Source: an uncultured Nitrososphaerota archaeon (GTDB lineage: Archaea; Asgardarchaeota; Njordarchaeia; Njordarchaeales; Njordarchaeaceae). Taken from it: a stretch of 64,000 nt of DNA. Below the pieces are notes generated by a model. It searched no databases, was not told where the DNA came from, and worked only from the letters and a program-made list of their open reading frames with translations. Of this stretch, positions 63,440 through 64,000 are shown piece after piece (the stretch's first letter is position 1; the number at the start of each line of letters is the position of its first letter). The stretch covers positions 1 to 64,000 of the forward strand of contig CAZFGR010000008.1 in assembly GCA_964518475.1 (NCBI GenBank). The letters are read 5' to 3'. A program made the position numbers and the translations under genes.

Positions 63440-63705
63440 ATGACTATTCGCGTCCCTAAAGAATAAAAAAGGAAGATGCGGGTGCTAAGTGGTAAGGTCA
63501 ATTGGAATGCTGAGGTTTAAAAATTTTTAGAAAAAGGAGGTAAAGAAGTTGTGGCGAGAAAAAACTCTAGAAAAAATAGATGAGTTAATTAATCGATTAC
63601 CAGAAACTCCTCGGGGCACCGCTAGTAAGTATGTGAGGGAGGATCGTGATAGTCATTGACACATCTGCGTTGGCTAAATATTTAGTGAGAGAAGAAAATG
63701 ATTAG
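63440..63705 (+). pseudogene. Decayed VapBC toxin-antitoxin pair
   Basis: Antitoxin MTIRVPKE*KRKM...VNWNAEV*KFLEK / ...ASKYVREDRDSH* (two stops and a frameshift) overlaps a 19-aa toxin stub VIVIDTSALAKYLVREEND* at 63646-63705. Confidence 0.8.
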
Positions 63706-63735
63706 GTATAAAAACTCATTATGTTCCCCAGAATT

Positions 63736-64000
63736 CTAGGAAGTTCTTAATGAGAGTTCTTCACGTAACTCTTCATGTTCTAAACCTGATATATTTTCCT
63801 CTATAATTACTATTTTAATAGGTAAACTTCGCTGAAGAGCCCTAAGTGATTCCCTAATGAAGAGGTAGAAAAACGTTATTCCAAGTGCGAATAATGCTCT
63901 TTCTGGCAATACGTAAGGTATAGCCGTGATCCAGTAGATTGGAGGAATATTTAGGTAGTACAAATACATAACCGAGCCCACAGCATGATCAATGAAGGTC
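63736..64000 (-). CDS. Membrane protein C-terminus, ECF S-component-like (partial)
   Basis: Frame is open to the window end; DHAVGSVMY...PERALFA. Confidence 0.5.
   Translation of the reverse strand, partial: TFIDHAVGSVMYLYYLNIPPIYWITAIPYVLPERALFALGITFFYLFIRESLRALQRSLPIKIVIIEENISGLEHEELREELSLRTS

Overview
This is a gene-dense chromosomal window from an anaerobic, probably thermophilic archaeon. The evidence is two tungsten-type aldehyde:ferredoxin oxidoreductases, an archaeal AsnRS-like asparagine synthetase, a Hef-like helicase, an archaeal ATPase-DUF234 gene, VapBC modules, and TATA-like promoters with GGTGA/GGAGG ribosome-binding sites. I saw no rRNA, tRNA, CRISPR array or intact transposase. 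The content is mostly catabolic. (i) A larA-like / pdxA2 / DUF1537-kinase operon suggests tetronate (threonate/erythronate) use with a nickel-pincer epimerase entry step. (ii) An SCP2 / SerA2-like dehydrogenase / LsrK-like FGGY kinase / AOR operon converges on a class II aldolase / aldo-keto reductase operon, a candidate undescribed pathway. (iii) A ROK kinase / GH38 / BtpA cluster sits next to a divergent glucose-6-phosphate-dehydrogenase-like gene. Also present are large surface proteins (FG-GAP propeller, TSP3-repeat plus C2-like, 1224-aa beta-helix with a G-U-rich 5' hairpin), several decayed toxin-antitoxin and regulator genes, and three genes split by single-base frameshifts. All family calls come from motif recognition, not database searches.
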